Under the pieces are notes generated by a model that worked only from the letters and a program-made list of their open reading frames with translations, was not told the origin of the DNA and did no database searches. This document shows positions 61,102-64,000 of a stretch of 64,000 nt of DNA, piece after piece (position 1 is the first letter of the stretch; each line of letters starts with the position of its first letter). This stretch comes from an uncultured Alphaproteobacteria bacterium. GTDB taxonomy: Bacteria; Pseudomonadota; Alphaproteobacteria; Rhizobiales; Xanthobacteraceae. The stretch is taken from the NCBI GenBank assembly GCA_963741115.1, contig CAVUGR010000008.1:45251-109250 (forward strand), read 5' to 3'. The translations under genes were made by a program, and so were the position numbers.

Positions 61102-62412
61102 GTGGACGTATTGATGCCCCAACTCGGCGAGACCGTCGCCGAGGGCAAGATCGTGAAATGGTTCAAGTCGGCCGGCGACGCCGTCAAGCCGGGCGACAAC
61201 CTGTTCGAGATCGAAACCGACAAGACCTCGATGGAAGTGCCGGCTACCAGCGCCGGCACGCTGTCGGCGATCAATTTCGGCGTCGGCGAGGTGGCCAAGG
61301 TCGGCGCGGTGGTGGCGATCATATCGGGCGCCGGCGAGGCGCCGGCGAAAGCCCCGCCGCCGAAAGCGCCTGTCGCGCCGGCTGCGCCTGCCGCGCGGCC
61401 TGCCAGCGTGCCGCAAGCTTCCTTTGCCTCGCCTGCGCGCGCCGCTACGCCGATAAAAATGGATCCCTTCAACGAAGTGCGCAGCCCCGAGCGCAATTTC
61501 GGGCCGGCGAAACTGACGAGCGGCAGTTTCACCACGCCGCTGGCGCGCCGCCTGGCGTCCGAGCGCGGCATCGATTTGTCGCGCATCTCCGGCTCCGGCC
61601 CGCGCGGCCGCATCGTCGCCAGCGACGTCGAGAAGTCGGCCCCGCCGGCCGCGGCGATGGCCACCGGCGCCAGCGCGGCGCAGGTCAAGGCACTGTACGA
61701 CGGCATCGCCTACCAGGAAGTGCCGCTCGACTCGATGCGGGCGACCATCGCCAAGCGGCTGATCGAGGCCAAGCAGACCATCCCGCATTTCTATTTGACT
61801 GCCGATATCGAGATCGGCCGGCTCAGCGAAATGCGCGAGGAGGCCAATGCCGCCGCTCCGAAGGACAAAGACGGCAATCCGGCATTCAAGCTCTCGCTCA
61901 ACGATTTCATCATCAAGGCCTGGGCGGCGGCATTGCAACGCATTCCCGCCGCCAACGCGGTGTGGGCCGGCGACCGCATCTTGCGCTTCACGCACTCCGA
62001 TATCGGCGTGGCGGTGGCGCTCGAAGGTGGGCTGATCACGCCGGTGATCCGCAACGCCGAGACCAAATCGCTCACCGCGATCTCGTCTGAAATGCGCGAT
62101 CTCGCCGACCGCGCGCGTGCCAAGAAGCTAAAGCCTGACGAATATCAGGGCGGCGCCAGCGCCATTTCCAATCTCGGCATGTACGGCGTGCGCGAATTCG
62201 CGGCCATCATCAATCCTCCTCACGCGACGATTTTGGCAGTCGGCGCCGGCCGCCGCGCGCCGGTCGAGGCGGACGACGGCAGCGTCAAGTTCGTCAGCCA
62301 GATGTCGGTGACGCTGTCCTGCGACCACCGCGTGGTGGACGGCGCGCTCGGCGCGCAATTGCTGGCCGCCTTCAAGAATTTCGTCGAAATGCCGGTCACC
62401 GCTTTGGTTTAA
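61102..62412 (+). CDS. 2-oxoacid dehydrogenase E2 component (dihydrolipoamide acyltransferase), single lipoyl domain
   Basis: AAGGAAG Shine-Dalgarno before the GTG at 61102 (alternative ATG at 61114). Lipoyl Lys in EIETDKTSMEV. Ala/Pro-rich linker, peripheral subunit-binding domain, and catalytic domain with DHRVVDG. Confidence 0.85.
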   Translation: MDVLMPQLGETVAEGKIVKWFKSAGDAVKPGDNLFEIETDKTSMEVPATSAGTLSAINFGVGEVAKVGAVVAIISGAGEAPAKAPPPKAPVAPAAPAARPASVPQASFASPARAATPIKMDPFNEVRSPERNFGPAKLTSGSFTTPLARRLASERGIDLSRISGSGPRGRIVASDVEKSAPPAAAMATGASAAQVKALYDGIAYQEVPLDSMRATIAKRLIEAKQTIPHFYLTADIEIGRLSEMREEANAAAPKDKDGNPAFKLSLNDFIIKAWAAALQRIPAANAVWAGDRILRFTHSDIGVAVALEGGLITPVIRNAETKSLTAISSEMRDLADRARAKKLKPDEYQGGASAISNLGMYGVREFAAIINPPHATILAVGAGRRAPVEADDGSVKFVSQMSVTLSCDHRVVDGALGAQLLAAFKNFVEMPVTALV

Positions 62413-62426
62413 CAGGAGAGGCGAAG

Positions 62427-63403
62427 ATGGCGGGCGAAAAGCCGGACGTATTGCTGGTTGGAAGCAGGAAGCCCGTTATCGTCGGCGGCCTCGAATCCGA
62501 AGGTCAATCTGCATTACCTGCTCGAGGCCAAGGATCAGGATGCCTTCATAAAATCAATCGGCGACAAAATCCGCGCAATCGCGGTCGCTTATACGCCGAA
62601 CAAGGTCGATGCCGCTTTCATGCAGAAATTCCCCAAGCTCGAGCAGATTTCGAGCTTCGGCGTCGGCTATGACCATATCGACGCTAAATGGGCGGGCGCG
62701 CATGGCATCATCGTCACCAACACGCCGGAAGTGCTCAACGAGGAAGTCGCCGACACCGCGCTCGGACTTCTGCTCTGCACGGTGCGGGAGTTCCCGCAAT
62801 CCGACCGCTATGTGCGCGCCGGTAAATGGCCGCAAGCAGCAATATCCGCTCACCAAGGCGACGCTGCGCAACCGCACCGTCGGCATGGTCGGCATGGGCC
62901 GCATCGGCAAGGCGATCGCGCGCCGTCTCGAGGCGTTCGGCGTGCCGGTGGTCTATCACAGCCGCAATCCGCAAGCCGGCGTCGAGTACAAGTACTATCC
63001 CAAGCTGGTCGACATGGCGCGCGATGTCGACACGCTGATGGTGATCGTGCCGGGCGGGCCGGCGACGGCGAACATGATCAATGCCGAGGTGCTCAAGGCG
63101 CTCGGCCCGGACGGCATTCTCATCAACATGGCGCGCGGTTCGGTGGTCGATGAGCCGGCATTGATCGCGGCGCTTAAAGACCGCACGATCTATTCCGCCG
63201 GCCTCGATGTGTTCGCCAAGGAACCGCAGGTGCCGAAAGAACTTATCGAGATGGATCACGTCGTGCTATTCCCGCATCTCGGCTCTTCGACCGAAGTGAC
63301 GCGGGCTGCGATGGATCAACTCGTGGTCGACAATATTCTGGCATGGGTGGCCGGCAAGGCGCCCCTGACACCGGTGTCGGAGACGCCGCCGAAACGTGCA
63401 TAG
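62427..63403 (+). pseudogene. D-isomer-specific 2-hydroxyacid dehydrogenase (glyoxylate/hydroxypyruvate reductase-like), 2 frameshifts
   Basis: From the ATG at 62427. Frame changes near 62500 and 62840. GMVGMGRIGKAIARRL NAD-binding motif and the catalytic R/E/H region are present. Confidence 0.75.
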
Positions 63404-63438
63404 GCCGATGTAATCAATGCTTGTCACGACAGGTTCGA

Positions 63439-64000
63439 CATGATGCGCTTTTTGATTTTTCTTGCCGCCGTACTTTGCCTCGCCGCGGCGGCGCAATCCG
63501 CCACCACGCTCGGCGAATCCGCCAAGGCGTTGATCGGCACCTGGGAATTCTCCAACGCCGACCGCGACAAAATCTGCACCGCCACGTTCAAGGATGACCC
63601 GGTCAGGGTCGGCTTCAAGGTCGAGTTCGATGCCAGTTGCGCAGAACTATTTCCGATTGTGAAAGAGGTCGCCGGCTGGAATTTCCCCGAGGGAGATATG
63701 CTGCGGCTGGTCGACGGGCAGGGCAGAGCGCTGGTCGAATTCAGCGAGGTGGAGGACGGCATCTATGAGGCGCCGACCCCCGGGATCGGCGTCTTGTTCC
63801 TGCAAAGCCCCGCCGACGCCGCTCCGCCGCCGAAGTCGCCGGAAGAGGTAGCCGGGACTTGGGCGATCACGCGCGGGGCCGGCGCGCCGGTATGTACGCT
63901 CACTCTGGCGAACACGGTCTTGCGCGACGCCTTTGTGTTGACGGTGAAGCCGGGCTGCGACCCCGCGATTGTGCGGATCGGCTTCAATCAATGGCGCATG
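63439..64000 (+). CDS. secreted protein with two tandem Inh/Omp19-like (protease-inhibitor fold) domains, 3' partial (runs off the window end)
   Basis: Signal peptide (MMRFLIFLAAVLCLAAAAQSA). The motif GTWEFSNADRDKICTATF ... C repeats at GTWAITRGAGAPVCTLTL ... C. Confidence 0.5.

Noticed and set aside
1-64000. Search for rRNA, tRNA, CRISPR arrays, transposases/integrases, toxin-antitoxin pairs
   Set aside because: I saw no tRNA-like cloverleaf signature (e.g. GGTTCGAATCC-type T-arms), no rRNA-like segments, no regularly spaced direct repeats, and no ORF with transposase or integrase motifs. I could only scan by eye, so short elements may be missed.

Overview
This 64-kb window is high-GC (about 64-65%) chromosomal DNA. 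It carries families of palindromic intergenic repeats and BadA/HbaA-type aryl-CoA ligase, Bug/TctC and IorAB-like genes that fit a Bradyrhizobium/Rhodopseudomonas/Afipia-type alphaproteobacterium. I infer this only from sequence features I recognised; no search was possible. The region is metabolic accessory DNA. It holds three NitT/TauT-type ABC transporters, one Fe(III)-type ABC permease (5' partial), and two two-subunit molybdenum hydroxylase systems (an orphan CoxL-like subunit and IorAB). It also holds a GctAB-like CoA-transferase operon with two Gfo/Idh/MocA oxidoreductases and a Bug-family binding protein, an MmgE/PrpD-SDR-aldehyde dehydrogenase unit, an amidohydrolase-2/Ldh_2 pair and an MTHFR-like gene. 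There are three paralogous MetE-C-terminal-domain-only proteins, two of them in tandem. A MarR-MATE divergent pair has twin perfect palindromic operators. The aryl-CoA ligase sits with a MaoC dehydratase and an alpha/beta hydrolase. A chrA + rhodanese/Chrome_Resist + tandem TauE/SafE oxyanion cluster is present. An acetoin/2-oxoacid dehydrogenase-like E1alpha-E1beta-(SSADH)-E2 cluster has no E3 gene in the window. No rRNA, tRNA, CRISPR, transposase or integrase was found. Two things stand out. The first is a seven-gene minus-strand operon with no frameshifts, at 22657-29360. It is a two-permease ABC importer, an embedded enoyl-CoA hydratase, a cytoplasmic LVIVD-like beta-propeller protein and a CobW/G3E metallochaperone GTPase. 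I propose it as an uncharacterised uptake-plus-metalloenzyme module. The second is the distribution of single-nucleotide frameshifts. There are more than 45 in 64 kb, and about half of the genes need one or more +/-1 shifts to read through. The shifts follow gene boundaries: the aryl-CoA ligase has at least 10, the adjacent hydrolase none, and 53.7-62.4 kb none. Between shifts the protein sequence looks undamaged, so I lean towards indel-type consensus errors, but gene-wise decay cannot be excluded. I list such genes as 'pseudogene (frameshifted)', meaning only what the sequence shows.
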